NCBI GenBank assembly: GCA_035510735.1
Contig: DATKGN010000002.1
Span: 69,275-123,117 of the forward strand
Direction: 5' to 3'
Source: Patescibacteria group bacterium
GTDB lineage: Bacteria > Patescibacteriota > Microgenomatia > UBA10105 > UBA927
DNA length: 53,843 nt
The notes under the pieces were generated by a model. The model was not told the DNA's origin. It did not search any database and saw nothing but the letters and a program-made list of their open reading frames with translations. Below, one piece after another: positions 44,858-53,462 of this stretch (within the stretch, counting starts at the first letter, position 1; each line of letters begins with the position of its first letter). The translations under genes and the position numbers were made by a program.

Positions 44858-45406
44858 TTAAAATGGAATATCGTCCGGGTTGACCTCCTCCGCTGCCGCT
44901 TTTGTTTCGTTTTTGGCAACGGGTTTTGGCTCATCCTGTTTTTTCGTTACAACCGGTTTTGCCGGTGGTTGCGCAGCCGCCAGTGCTGAGGTCGCAGGTG
45001 CAGCTGTCGCAGGCGCAGACTCATGATATTCATTCCCCGCTTCTGTGGCCGCCTCTCCGGTCACCGGACGCCGGGAATCAAGAATAATCATATCCTCGAT
45101 AACAACCTCTGTCGTTGACCTCTGGCTTCCGTCCTGTGCCGTCCAACTGTTCGTCCTTAGCCTGCCTTCAACGTAAATTTTGCGGCCCTTCGCCAAAAGC
45201 TGGCTACACAGTTCCGCAAGCTTATTCCATGCAACGACCCTATGAAATTCCGTTTCCTCTTTCTTTTCCCCTGATTCGGTTGTCCACGTCCTATTTGTCG
45301 CTAAACCGATTGTACACACTGCTGCCCCTGTCGGCGTATAGCGTAATTCCGGATCCCGTGTCAGATTTCCAATGAGTTGTACCTTATTCAAGCTTCTCGA
45401 TGACAT
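44858..45406 (-). CDS. ssb: single-stranded DNA-binding protein
   Basis: LNKVQLIGNLTRDPELRYTP OB-fold start, with an acidic tail ending DDIPF. Confidence 0.93.
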   Translation of the reverse strand: MSSRSLNKVQLIGNLTRDPELRYTPTGAAVCTIGLATNRTWTTESGEKKEETEFHRVVAWNKLAELCSQLLAKGRKIYVEGRLRTNSWTAQDGSQRSTTEVVIEDMIILDSRRPVTGEAATEAGNEYHESAPATAAPATSALAAAQPPAKPVVTKKQDEPKPVAKNETKAAAEEVNPDDIPF

Positions 45407-45407
45407 A

Positions 45408-45686
45408 TTATTTTTTCAGGGTAAGCAGGAACCGCAAAACCTCCGCTCCCAATTGTACTCTTTTCTCTATATCGTGGACAATAATAGTGCCGGTGAGGTT
45501 TGATAAAACGTAAATCCCCTCTGTTTTCTTTTGAATGGGGTATGCAAGCGTCCGTTTACCCATAAACGTGACATCAACAACCGTAACACCCTCACCCACT
45601 AGTTTTTGAACAATTTCCTTTGCATTTTTCTCCGTCACATCAAGATCGGAGCGAAATACCGTCATAAGTTCATATTTCCGTGTCAT
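45408..45686 (-). CDS. rpsF: ribosomal protein S6
   Basis: MTRKYELMTVFRSDL..., in the canonical rpsF-ssb-rpsR order. Confidence 0.9.
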   Translation of the reverse strand: MTRKYELMTVFRSDLDVTEKNAKEIVQKLVGEGVTVVDVTFMGKRTLAYPIQKKTEGIYVLSNLTGTIIVHDIEKRVQLGAEVLRFLLTLKK

Positions 45687-45695
45687 AAGGCTCTA

Positions 45696-45724
45696 ATAAT
45701 ACCATGAAGGATAGACTGAAACAA
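45696..45724 (-). promoter_or_regulatory. candidate promoter TTGTTT-17-TATTAT, 9 nt before the rpsF ATG
   Basis: Minus strand reads cTTGTTTcagtctatccttcatggTATTATtagagccttATG. Confidence 0.45.
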
Positions 45725-45743
45725 GATGGAGATCATAATATAT

Positions 45744-46487
45744 TTAATTGTTTGAAGACCTCGGCGTATACTGATATTCCATCACTCCGTCGGGAGTATG
45801 CTGGAATTTATCCCGCCACGCTCGAAGCTCCAATAAATGTTCATCAACATACTCTTTCGTTAACCTCCCGGGTAACTTACCGGCCTCCCCTTCCCATTGT
45901 TCATACGTTGCAATTTGATTCTCTATCCAAACCCTCTTAATATGTGGATCGATCTGATCTTCAATTTCCTGATATAGTCCCTCTATCGCTTCGCAAAATC
46001 CTTGAAGCGACTCCATAGAAAGAAAACCACCCTCATTCTGCTCGTGTTCCCGGATTGATTGATATATCTTCTCGTAAAATTGAAAAACCGACGATCCACT
46101 ATAATCCGGTATTTTATCCCGCCTCCACCCTTTAAAAATGAGAAATGTAGGACTATCGCGAAAACGCTATTGAGTTATTTCGTGCATTACGCCAGTTATT
46201 GGAGAATGAAGCAGTGACTCAAATTTTGGATATTCTATTGGATCCAACATGGTAAACTGACTTCTATCCGCAACAAATTGAACCATCGGCTTAACATGTT
46301 CTCGTAGAAGAATATTTTGTACTAAAACGCTTAAACTTCTTTCCGCAAGAAATTCATTGTCCTCAATACCCTTCGCAGACAACGGAGCATCTGATCGGGC
46401 ATGAACGTGCGGAAGGTTAATTCGTGGCGCCCGTGAAGAACCGACAAACGTTTGCTCAACCGTATCGAATTTGTCAGCGTGTGTCAT
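45744..46487 (-). pseudogene. single reading frame interrupted by one in-frame TAG (46167-46169)
   Basis: Track ORFs 46167..46487 and 45744..46016 are in the same frame. The 150 nt between the TAG and ATG 46016 contain no stop (RFRDSPTFLIFKGWRRDKIPDYSGSSVFQFYEKIYQSIREHEQNEGGFLS). Confidence 0.45.
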
Positions 46488-46505
46488 ACCTCAATAATAC
46501 GCTTT

Positions 46506-47633
46506 TTACGTCCCGATTTTAAACTCTACCACATCCCCGTCCTGCATCACGTATTCTTTGCCCTCAAAACGGGCTTTGCCGGCCTCGCGGGCCTTCTTCC
46601 ATCCCCCTTCGCTAAAGCTTCGGGGGACAGGCCCACCTGCCGGATTAATAAAGTCGTTATAGTGGACTACCTCGGCCTTAATAAATTTCTTCTCAAAATC
46701 CGTGTGGATGGTGCCTGCAGCAGCTGGCGCCTTTATCCCCTTCTCAATCGTCCACGCGCGCGCTTCAATAGGACCGCACGTGAGAAATGAGATAAGGCCA
46801 AGTTCTTCGTATGCTTTTTGGATGAGTAAATCGAGACCTGACGATTCAACCCCCAATGATTTGAGATATTCCGCCTGCTCGACGGGCGCAAGTGCCGCTA
46901 GCTCCGACTCCATCTCGGCACAAATAAAGACAATGGGTCGTATATCAGTTAATTTGTCAATTTGTGAATTTGTTAATTGTTGCTCTGACACATTGCCGAT
47001 GTACATGATCGGTTTCATGGTTAAAAGCTGTAGATCACGAAGGAGCAACCGTTCTTCCGGATCAATAACGACCTCGCGGGCCAATTTCCCCCCGTCCATG
47101 AGCGGTTTTATCCGCTTGATGAGTTCCCATCGCTCTCTATCCTCTTTCGTGGCATTCATCTTCGGTTCGCCTTGTTTCGTGAGCGTTTGGAGGTCGGCAA
47201 GAATTAATTCCGTCTCGACCGTCACACGATCGCGGGCAGCGTCGGGCGTCCCATCGACGTGAACGATATCAGGATTCTCAAAAAACCGTAAGACGTGGCA
47301 AATAATGTTGACTTCGCGGATGTGGGAGAGGAATTTGTTGCCCAGCCCCTGCCCTTCCGACGCACCTTTGACGAGTCCCGCAATATCCACAAATTCGACG
47401 ACAGCCGGCACCAACGGCGGCAGCTTGTCCATTTTTTCCTCAACTTTCGTGATTTCGGCGAGCTTCGCAAGCCTATCATCCGGCACCGGCACGACGCCGA
47501 TATTTGGCTCGATCGTGGCAAACGGATAGTTGGCGGCTAATGCTACCTGCTTTTTCAAAAGTGCATTAAACAGCGTCGACTTTCCAACGTTGGCAAGACC
47601 TACAATACCGACTTTCAGACCAGAACTTGACAT
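46506..47633 (-). CDS. ychF: redox-regulated ATPase YchF
   Basis: GIVGLANVGKSTLFNAL, NYPFATIEPN, C-terminal TGS-like MQDGDVVEF. Contains a ~12-aa insert, PAGGPVPRSFSEG. Confidence 0.93.
   Translation of the reverse strand: MSSSGLKVGIVGLANVGKSTLFNALLKKQVALAANYPFATIEPNIGVVPVPDDRLAKLAEITKVEEKMDKLPPLVPAVVEFVDIAGLVKGASEGQGLGNKFLSHIREVNIICHVLRFFENPDIVHVDGTPDAARDRVTVETELILADLQTLTKQGEPKMNATKEDRERWELIKRIKPLMDGGKLAREVVIDPEERLLLRDLQLLTMKPIMYIGNVSEQQLTNSQIDKLTDIRPIVFICAEMESELAALAPVEQAEYLKSLGVESSGLDLLIQKAYEELGLISFLTCGPIEARAWTIEKGIKAPAAAGTIHTDFEKKFIKAEVVHYNDFINPAGGPVPRSFSEGGWKKAREAGKARFEGKEYVMQDGDVVEFKIGT
46602..46631. repeat. family-1 palindromic element in frame within ychF
   Basis: TCCCCC TTCGC TAAA GCTTC GGGGGA CAGG. 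Confidence 0.75.
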
Positions 47634-49179
47634 AATTAGCTTCAGTTACGGGAATATGCCCGCTAACATGAACCTCTTTTTCACTTGCGGTGATATCGTT
47701 TACTACATTTAATATCACTCGCCGTCTTTTTGTATAATCTGCTACTTCGAGCTTTTCTTTCGCTCTTTTGCAGTATGATTCTATCTGTTCATCGGTAGGT
47801 TTGGCAAATGGTAAAAGCCTTTGCTCTTTTGCAAACTCAGCAAGTCGCTGTTCTAGTGTCGTTCGTTTTAACCGAATATCCTGCACATACGAGGTTAGCT
47901 GAGTAAGAGTAATAACCTGTTTCCCATAGGCTTTTGTATATCGTTCTTCTTCTATCGCTAACTTGGATAAATCACGCTGAATAGACACGAGATCACTCGA
48001 ATGATCCACGACCTTCATTTTTTTATCGAAATGTCGATCAGCATGCCATTTTAACAGCCGAGGCGTTACCATTGTCTTTTCTAACCTATCCCAGACCAAA
48101 TAATCAGCTATACGGGCATTTATTCCCTTTTGAAGGCAGGAAGGCGGCATCGGGTATCTGTTCACACGTCCGGAACAGCGATAATAGAGGTGCTTTCCGT
48201 GCTGTGGCCCTTCTCCGGTCCGTGTAGAACCGCACGTACAGTGAATAAGATTACTGAGTAAGTACTCATTCTTTTTATTCCGAACACACCGATCATAATT
48301 AATGCGGAGTTGCTTTTGTGTTCTATCGAACAATTCTTTATCTATAATAGAAGCACAATCAATAAATACCCAATCCTCAACGGGTTTATTTTTCCGGCTG
48401 CTCTTTACTATCCGTTTATATTTCTCCGTACTTTTTGGGTGCTCCGGAATAATACCTACCGTTTTATTAAAATGTGCCTTCCCGTAGTACGTTTCGTTTC
48501 TCAGAAGTGTGGTAAGAGTACTGTTATTCCACACGCCTCGCAAGCTCTTGCGTGGTGCTATATTCTTCTCCTGTAGTCGTTTTACTACCTTTCGAATTGT
48601 CATCCCTTCGTCCGCAATCCAATGGAAAATATCTCGTACAACTCGTGCTTCTACTGGTATCGGCTCGAAGTATCCGTGTTTCTCCCCTTGTTTAGGGATA
48701 TAAGCGTAGCCATACGGTGCATGCGAGGTAACTACATGCCCTTCCCGTGCTTTCCGGAGCTTCCCTAGTCTAAATCTTTCCGCTATACGGGCTCGCTCAT
48801 ACTCTGCGAACAATCCCTTCACGCCATAGAGGAGCTTATCGCCCTCGTCTTTCACCGGAGGCGTGGTAACGAACAATACTTTTATTCCACGAGATTCTAA
48901 TTCATCACGCACTAATTCCTGATGTGCGTACTTTCGGGACAATCTATCGGGATCATAGACCACTACGGCCTCCCAGAGCCGTTTAGGGGCATCTAAGCGA
49001 AGCTGATCGAGCGCAGGACGGGCTAAAATAGTGCCGCTCCATCCATCGTCCCTATATTCCTGTATAAGCGTATGATTATTGGCCTTCACGAAGTCTTTAA
49101 TGGCCATTATCTGTGTCCCTATGGTTTCCTCTACCTCTTGGCGTTGAGATGACACACGAGCGTAAAATGCTACTCTCAT
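47566..49179 (-). CDS. large serine recombinase (integrase)
   Basis: MRVAFYARVSSQRQ resolvase-type catalytic N-terminus, a recombinase domain, zinc-ribbon region CTCGSTRTG...YYRCSG, and a coiled-coil. The last 68 nt overlap the ychF 5' end in another frame. Confidence 0.9.
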   Translation of the reverse strand: MRVAFYARVSSQRQEVEETIGTQIMAIKDFVKANNHTLIQEYRDDGWSGTILARPALDQLRLDAPKRLWEAVVVYDPDRLSRKYAHQELVRDELESRGIKVLFVTTPPVKDEGDKLLYGVKGLFAEYERARIAERFRLGKLRKAREGHVVTSHAPYGYAYIPKQGEKHGYFEPIPVEARVVRDIFHWIADEGMTIRKVVKRLQEKNIAPRKSLRGVWNNSTLTTLLRNETYYGKAHFNKTVGIIPEHPKSTEKYKRIVKSSRKNKPVEDWVFIDCASIIDKELFDRTQKQLRINYDRCVRNKKNEYLLSNLIHCTCGSTRTGEGPQHGKHLYYRCSGRVNRYPMPPSCLQKGINARIADYLVWDRLEKTMVTPRLLKWHADRHFDKKMKVVDHSSDLVSIQRDLSKLAIEEERYTKAYGKQVITLTQLTSYVQDIRLKRTTLEQRLAEFAKEQRLLPFAKPTDEQIESYCKRAKEKLEVADYTKRRRVILNVVNDITASEKEVHVSGHIPVTEANYVKFWSESRYCRSCQRWKVDAV

Positions 49180-49349
49180 ACTTTTACCTTTCGGCTTTCC
49201 ATAAACTTATCAAAATCAACTTTTTTGACCCGATATTCTTTCCCAAGTGAGTACGCAGGAAGTAACCCCTTGGCTATCCATCGGCGCACTGTAATGCCCT
49301 TAATCATAAGTAGCTTCGCTATTTGCCGTGTTGTGTAGTATTCGTACAT
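49176..49349 (-). CDS. excisionase-family helix-turn-helix protein (57 aa)
   Basis: MYEYYTTRQIAKLLMIKGITVRRWIAKGLLPAYSLGKEYRVKKVDFDKFMESRKVKV. Its TGA overlaps the recombinase ATG (ATGA). Below the track cutoff. Confidence 0.6.
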   Translation of the reverse strand: MYEYYTTRQIAKLLMIKGITVRRWIAKGLLPAYSLGKEYRVKKVDFDKFMESRKVKV

Positions 49350-49373
49350 AGCTTTACTATACAGAACTTTATA

Positions 49374-49937
49374 TTACATTGCAACTACTAATTTCTTTTT
49401 AGGTTTTCTTCGTTTATTATGATGATGCTTCAACTCATCGGTAAAGTACGCCGCCGGACTCTTTATAGTCATCCAACCCTCTACGTGAGCCTTTGTCATC
49501 TGATGAATGACGCCGTTTATTGACTTGGGCGTGTAGTGTTGGGCGATCCATAACCAGTGGCTATCCTTCGTAACGCTTGAAAGAAATATTACTTGTAATA
49601 GTGAGGCTATTTTCTTTGGACTCGTTTTATATGTGTATGTCGTTAGCTCTGCGATTGCTTGTTTTTTCTTTTGTGTTTCCTCTGCGTTTTCCTGCCGTTT
49701 CCCTATATCATTAACACTCCCATTAACACTAGCACTTCTTTCACTTGTCCCCTTTAAGGATAGGATTGTTCTACCATCAATATCAATGGGATCAACGGGT
49801 GTGGATTCTGCGATGGACTCACATATCAGTAATTGGTCTAGGAGCGGTAAATGTGAATCCGGATCGTAGGTGCCACCGAGTTGTTCTATCCGGCGGATTG
49901 CCTCATCTCTGGATAGTTGCGGGGTGTCCATATTCAT
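49374..49937 (-). CDS. hypothetical protein (element-borne)
   Basis: 187-aa ORF with a basic C-terminus. Confidence 0.55.
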   Translation of the reverse strand: MNMDTPQLSRDEAIRRIEQLGGTYDPDSHLPLLDQLLICESIAESTPVDPIDIDGRTILSLKGTSERSASVNGSVNDIGKRQENAEETQKKKQAIAELTTYTYKTSPKKIASLLQVIFLSSVTKDSHWLWIAQHYTPKSINGVIHQMTKAHVEGWMTIKSPAAYFTDELKHHHNKRRKPKKKLVVAM

Positions 49938-50079
49938 CTTTCTTGTCTAAACGCTCCAAATCCTCAGCGTCTAGCTCATCAAATATCACGTCATACGCAT
50001 CATCTAGCCTTTTCTGACGCTCCGCTTGCTCATAATCCACAAACGAATATTTTATCCGTAGTTGTTTCTTAGGTTTCAT
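49903..50079 (-). CDS. possible 58-aa acidic protein
   Basis: MKPKKQLRIKYSFVDYEQAERQKRLDDAYDVIFDELDAEDLERLDKKDEYGHPATIQR. Overlaps both neighbouring ORFs. Confidence 0.25.
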   Translation of the reverse strand: MKPKKQLRIKYSFVDYEQAERQKRLDDAYDVIFDELDAEDLERLDKKDEYGHPATIQR

Positions 50080-50311
50080 ACTGCCTCGTTTTTATTTCCG
50101 AGATCAGCATCTCTCGATTAGAAAAAAGCTCTCTCGCCGGAGCCTGTGCGTTATTCAGATAATCTTTGGAAAGTTGTTTACACAATGAAGGGTTTGTGAG
50201 AATAAAAAGAAACTTACCAGGATTGGCTTCTTTAACTTCCGCTAGTGATACCTCTTTATTCGTTAAGAGGAATGAGCAGAGCAGTATGTCATAAGTCGTG
50301 AAGTTTTCCAT
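50069..50311 (-). CDS. small phage-type protein, DUF5659-like
   Basis: TYDILLCSFLLTNKEVSLAEVKEANPGKFLFILTN resembles the DUF5659 pattern as I recall it. Weak. Confidence 0.45.
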   Translation of the reverse strand: MENFTTYDILLCSFLLTNKEVSLAEVKEANPGKFLFILTNPSLCKQLSKDYLNNAQAPARELFSNREMLISEIKTRQYET

Positions 50312-50377
50312 ATTTTTTCAATCTTATGGAAATAGTAAGTGTTCTTTCGAATAACCGCACTGAAGTTTGAGGTGTTG

Positions 50378-51109
50378 CTAAATGTCAGCGTTTAGAAGTT
50401 TCTTGTAACGGGAGACTGCTTGCTCGATCTTATTCGGATCAATATAATCATTTGGATCTTTAGGCAAATGTTTCTTTTCCCAATCCTCTACAATTCGTTT
50501 GTATATGCCTCTGCCACTTGTCTTTTCTTTTTTATACATCCAGTACCATTCTCTATCTCTTTTTATCTCGCTTTTTACGTCTGATATTTTTAAATAATCT
50601 TTATATTGCTTAAAACGTTCCTCTAATTGCTCAATTTTTGTTTCTGGATAAACAATAAACGCCACCTCATTACTGTCGAGTGAAATATCAACTCCCCTTT
50701 TAAAAGCGTGATAATAAATAGGATCGTTATCGAAGTGCTCATCACAAACATAACCACTTAAAATAGCAAAACGTATAACATTCACAAATGCTTGGCTTTT
50801 TCTGTATTTATGTAGTAGATAATCAATCCCTTCAGGGGTTAATGAATCAAACGACCGCCAATCTTTTAAACTCTTATCTGTTAATAGTTCAAAATGGATA
50901 CTTAAACCGTGCACATCCTCCTGTTTTAACACCTTAAGCTCGTTATACCTAATTAGTTCATTAATGCCCAAGTGTCTTCTGATGTCCTTAACCTCATGTA
51001 AAAAATCATCTCTATCAACTAATAATGCTATCGCCTCGTACGTCCATTTAGATTTTACCTTAATTACAATTGGACCATTTATACTAGGAGTATCTAATAT
51101 AGTTTTCAT
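50378..51109 (-). CDS. hypothetical protein (element-borne)
   Basis: 243-aa ORF, Lys/Asp/Glu-rich, no motif recognised. Confidence 0.6.
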   Translation of the reverse strand: MKTILDTPSINGPIVIKVKSKWTYEAIALLVDRDDFLHEVKDIRRHLGINELIRYNELKVLKQEDVHGLSIHFELLTDKSLKDWRSFDSLTPEGIDYLLHKYRKSQAFVNVIRFAILSGYVCDEHFDNDPIYYHAFKRGVDISLDSNEVAFIVYPETKIEQLEERFKQYKDYLKISDVKSEIKRDREWYWMYKKEKTSGRGIYKRIVEDWEKKHLPKDPNDYIDPNKIEQAVSRYKKLLNADI

Positions 51110-51225
51110 ATCAATTTGCCTGCAATTATACTACGTTTACAATTCTAATTTGCCGTAATAGTGTATTTCTGCTACTCTACAAATAATAATTTAATGGCCT
51201 AAACCTTTATGGCATGGCCTAGAAA

Positions 51226-51266
51226 CCTTCACAGAAGTAAGCTCTTCGTCAGAGCATCTGTGAAGG
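51226..51266 (+). other. strong compound hairpin in the divergent intergenic region
   Basis: CCTTCACAGA-agtaa-GCTCT-tcgtc-AGAGC-a-TCTGTGAAGG (10 + 5 bp). Confidence 0.7.
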
Positions 51267-51354
51267 TCATATGCCGAAAGGTGTATGGGTGACGCAAGTC
51301 ATCGCTGGCGGGGAGCTTTTTTGTGTTCTAGCAAAAATTTATATTGAGATTAAA

Positions 51355-51984
51355 ATGAACATGAAGATTTTTAAATGGATATTATTTTTACCAGCAGCTT
51401 TTTGTATTCAAGCGATTGTCAGCATACTATTCGGCTTAATATTTTATGGAATTGGATTGAAAAATCAAGTATTGTTTGATAGCATAAATGCTTTTGTAGG
51501 CGCCTTTTTATTTGTTTTTTTTGCTGGATATTTAGCCCCATCTAAAAAGACTAAGGTTGCGGAAATTATTTTTTGGATCGAAATTTCTTTAGCAATTCTA
51601 AATTTGGTTCTTGGATTTTTGGGAGTCTATACTTTTGTTAAAATGGAAACACCTAATAGTATTATTCCCGTCTTACAAGTTCTTGGAGCCCTGTATGCAG
51701 TAACATTAGTTCCTATTCTTACTACTCAAGGTGCTAGGCTTGATCAATTATGGATAGCAATTGCCGGTCTCGGTGGATTGATTATGTTTATTGGAGGAGC
51801 TATTTCAATTCTGGGCATAATAATAGGACTTTTTAGTAACCATTGGATGACACTTTCTGTAGGCGCTATTGTTCTTGGGATGGGGATAATAACTTGGCTT
51901 TACCCAGATATTCATCTTTTCCTAAGGGTAAGAAGAGCAAATAAGATTATTAAGAAAATGGAAAAGGGAGATTCTTTTAATTAG
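51355..51984 (+). CDS. polytopic membrane protein (element cargo)
   Basis: Track ORF 51271..51984 trimmed to MNMKIFKWILFLPAAF, because ATG 51271 lies 4 nt after the hairpin. About 6 TM segments. Confidence 0.55.
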   Translation: MNMKIFKWILFLPAAFCIQAIVSILFGLIFYGIGLKNQVLFDSINAFVGAFLFVFFAGYLAPSKKTKVAEIIFWIEISLAILNLVLGFLGVYTFVKMETPNSIIPVLQVLGALYAVTLVPILTTQGARLDQLWIAIAGLGGLIMFIGGAISILGIIIGLFSNHWMTLSVGAIVLGMGIITWLYPDIHLFLRVRRANKIIKKMEKGDSFN

Positions 51985-51985
51985 C

Positions 51986-52402
51986 ATGACCATAAACGAT
52001 TTAGAAAAATTAAACTCTCCATATATAGTTGAAACTGAAAAAGATTTAATTGTTTTTAGAAAAGTGGCTAGTGATGCAATTACAAATTCCGTTTTCCTTC
52101 TTATAGCAAGTATAGTTGTGATATTTTTAGGTTATTTAAATTATTGGCTGGGCGCATCACTGTCGGTAGCTCTAATGATTTTATTTATATTAGATATAAT
52201 CACGGGATTAACAGCTGTAATAACTAATATTGTATTTCTATATCCTCTTCTCCTAATCATTACAAGATTTACAAAAAATAAGGATAGTCTGAGTGGAAGT
52301 TTGGGTTACAAGTTGGGAGCTTGTCTGGTAAGAGCATTAGAATCTGGGGTTAATGTATACTTATTTGTGCTAATTCTTAATGCATTAAAAAGTAAATTTT
52401 AA
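51986..52402 (+). CDS. membrane protein (element cargo)
   Basis: 138 aa with 3-4 TM segments. Starts 1 nt after the previous stop. Confidence 0.6.
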   Translation: MTINDLEKLNSPYIVETEKDLIVFRKVASDAITNSVFLLIASIVVIFLGYLNYWLGASLSVALMILFILDIITGLTAVITNIVFLYPLLLIITRFTKNKDSLSGSLGYKLGACLVRALESGVNVYLFVLILNALKSKF

Positions 52403-52404
52403 AT

Positions 52405-53190
52405 ATGTTTAATTTTTTCAAAGGCATAATTATTTTTCTTACAGCTATAACACTTCCCATAACTGGGCTATTCGTTCATGCAAAACCCGTGAATACAACA
52501 ACCCAAGTCAAAACTGTTATAACCCCTATAGTCACTCCAAAAGCGTCTCCGGTGCCACCAGTAATACCATCGGAAAAGACAACGATTGTTACTACTCCTA
52601 TTCCAACATTTGTACTCATTCCAACCCCATTACCTCAAGTGCCAACTACTGCGCAAACAAATAACGATAGTCAAATACGGCAACAAATACAAAATAGTAT
52701 TACTCAATACAATAATTCAGTAAATCAAATCAAACAACAAAAGTTGCAAATATGTAGCGATCAGACAAATAGTGTTAATCAAAAGTATCAACCACAAATA
52801 GATACCATTAATCAACAAATTAGCCAACTCAACGATCAAGTAAAAGCGGCATGTCCAGAAAGTAATCCCTATGCAGAAGCCTGTATGGTTGGAAGTATTC
52901 GAAAACAAGTTGATTATCTCGATGCGCAAATATCTGCACTCACAAGTCAAATTAGCACGTTGCAACAAGAACAAACCAGTGAACTCAATAGTATCAGAAC
53001 GACCTTTTGTAACTTACCTGCTATCCAATACCAACCGATGCCCGTATCAAATTACGTAACAAATAATGTTTCACTCCCCATATATTTTCATATGGAAGCA
53101 AACGGCATGGGAGGTTATATTATTTACGATAACAACTCAACATATCTACATGTCGATCCTGATGGAATGGGTGGATATACCGTGTACTAA
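52405..53190 (+). CDS. secreted Gln/Asn/Thr-rich coiled-coil protein (element cargo)
   Basis: Signal/anchor MFNFFKGIIIFLTAITLPITGLFVHA, a Pro/Thr linker, a Q-rich heptad-like region, and a duplicated GMGGY motif. Confidence 0.6.
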   Translation: MFNFFKGIIIFLTAITLPITGLFVHAKPVNTTTQVKTVITPIVTPKASPVPPVIPSEKTTIVTTPIPTFVLIPTPLPQVPTTAQTNNDSQIRQQIQNSITQYNNSVNQIKQQKLQICSDQTNSVNQKYQPQIDTINQQISQLNDQVKAACPESNPYAEACMVGSIRKQVDYLDAQISALTSQISTLQQEQTSELNSIRTTFCNLPAIQYQPMPVSNYVTNNVSLPIYFHMEANGMGGYIIYDNNSTYLHVDPDGMGGYTVY

Positions 53191-53462
53191 TTACGATAAC
53201 CTAGACATTTCCTACAAGTAATCCTTTTACCTAACGGGTCTTGATATAATACTCCCCTTCTTCTATGACACTCAGGGCACTCAAACCATAGCCTAAACCC
53301 TCCGAAACGGGTTTTTGACTGAGTTAGATTTACAGTATGTCCATTTACGCTTACCTGAGCCTCTATGATGGCTTTCTTAAGGCTATTTCGTGCGTAACGT
53401 ACATAATCATCAATTCGAATCTTTTGATAGTTTTCCGTCACGGGGAGATTACCTCTAATCAT
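53187..53462 (-). CDS. zinc-ribbon protein
   Basis: CPECHRRRGVLY...CRKCLG. ATGA overlap with the upstream ORF. Confidence 0.55.
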   Translation of the reverse strand: MIRGNLPVTENYQKIRIDDYVRYARNSLKKAIIEAQVSVNGHTVNLTQSKTRFGGFRLWFECPECHRRRGVLYQDPLGKRITCRKCLGYRN

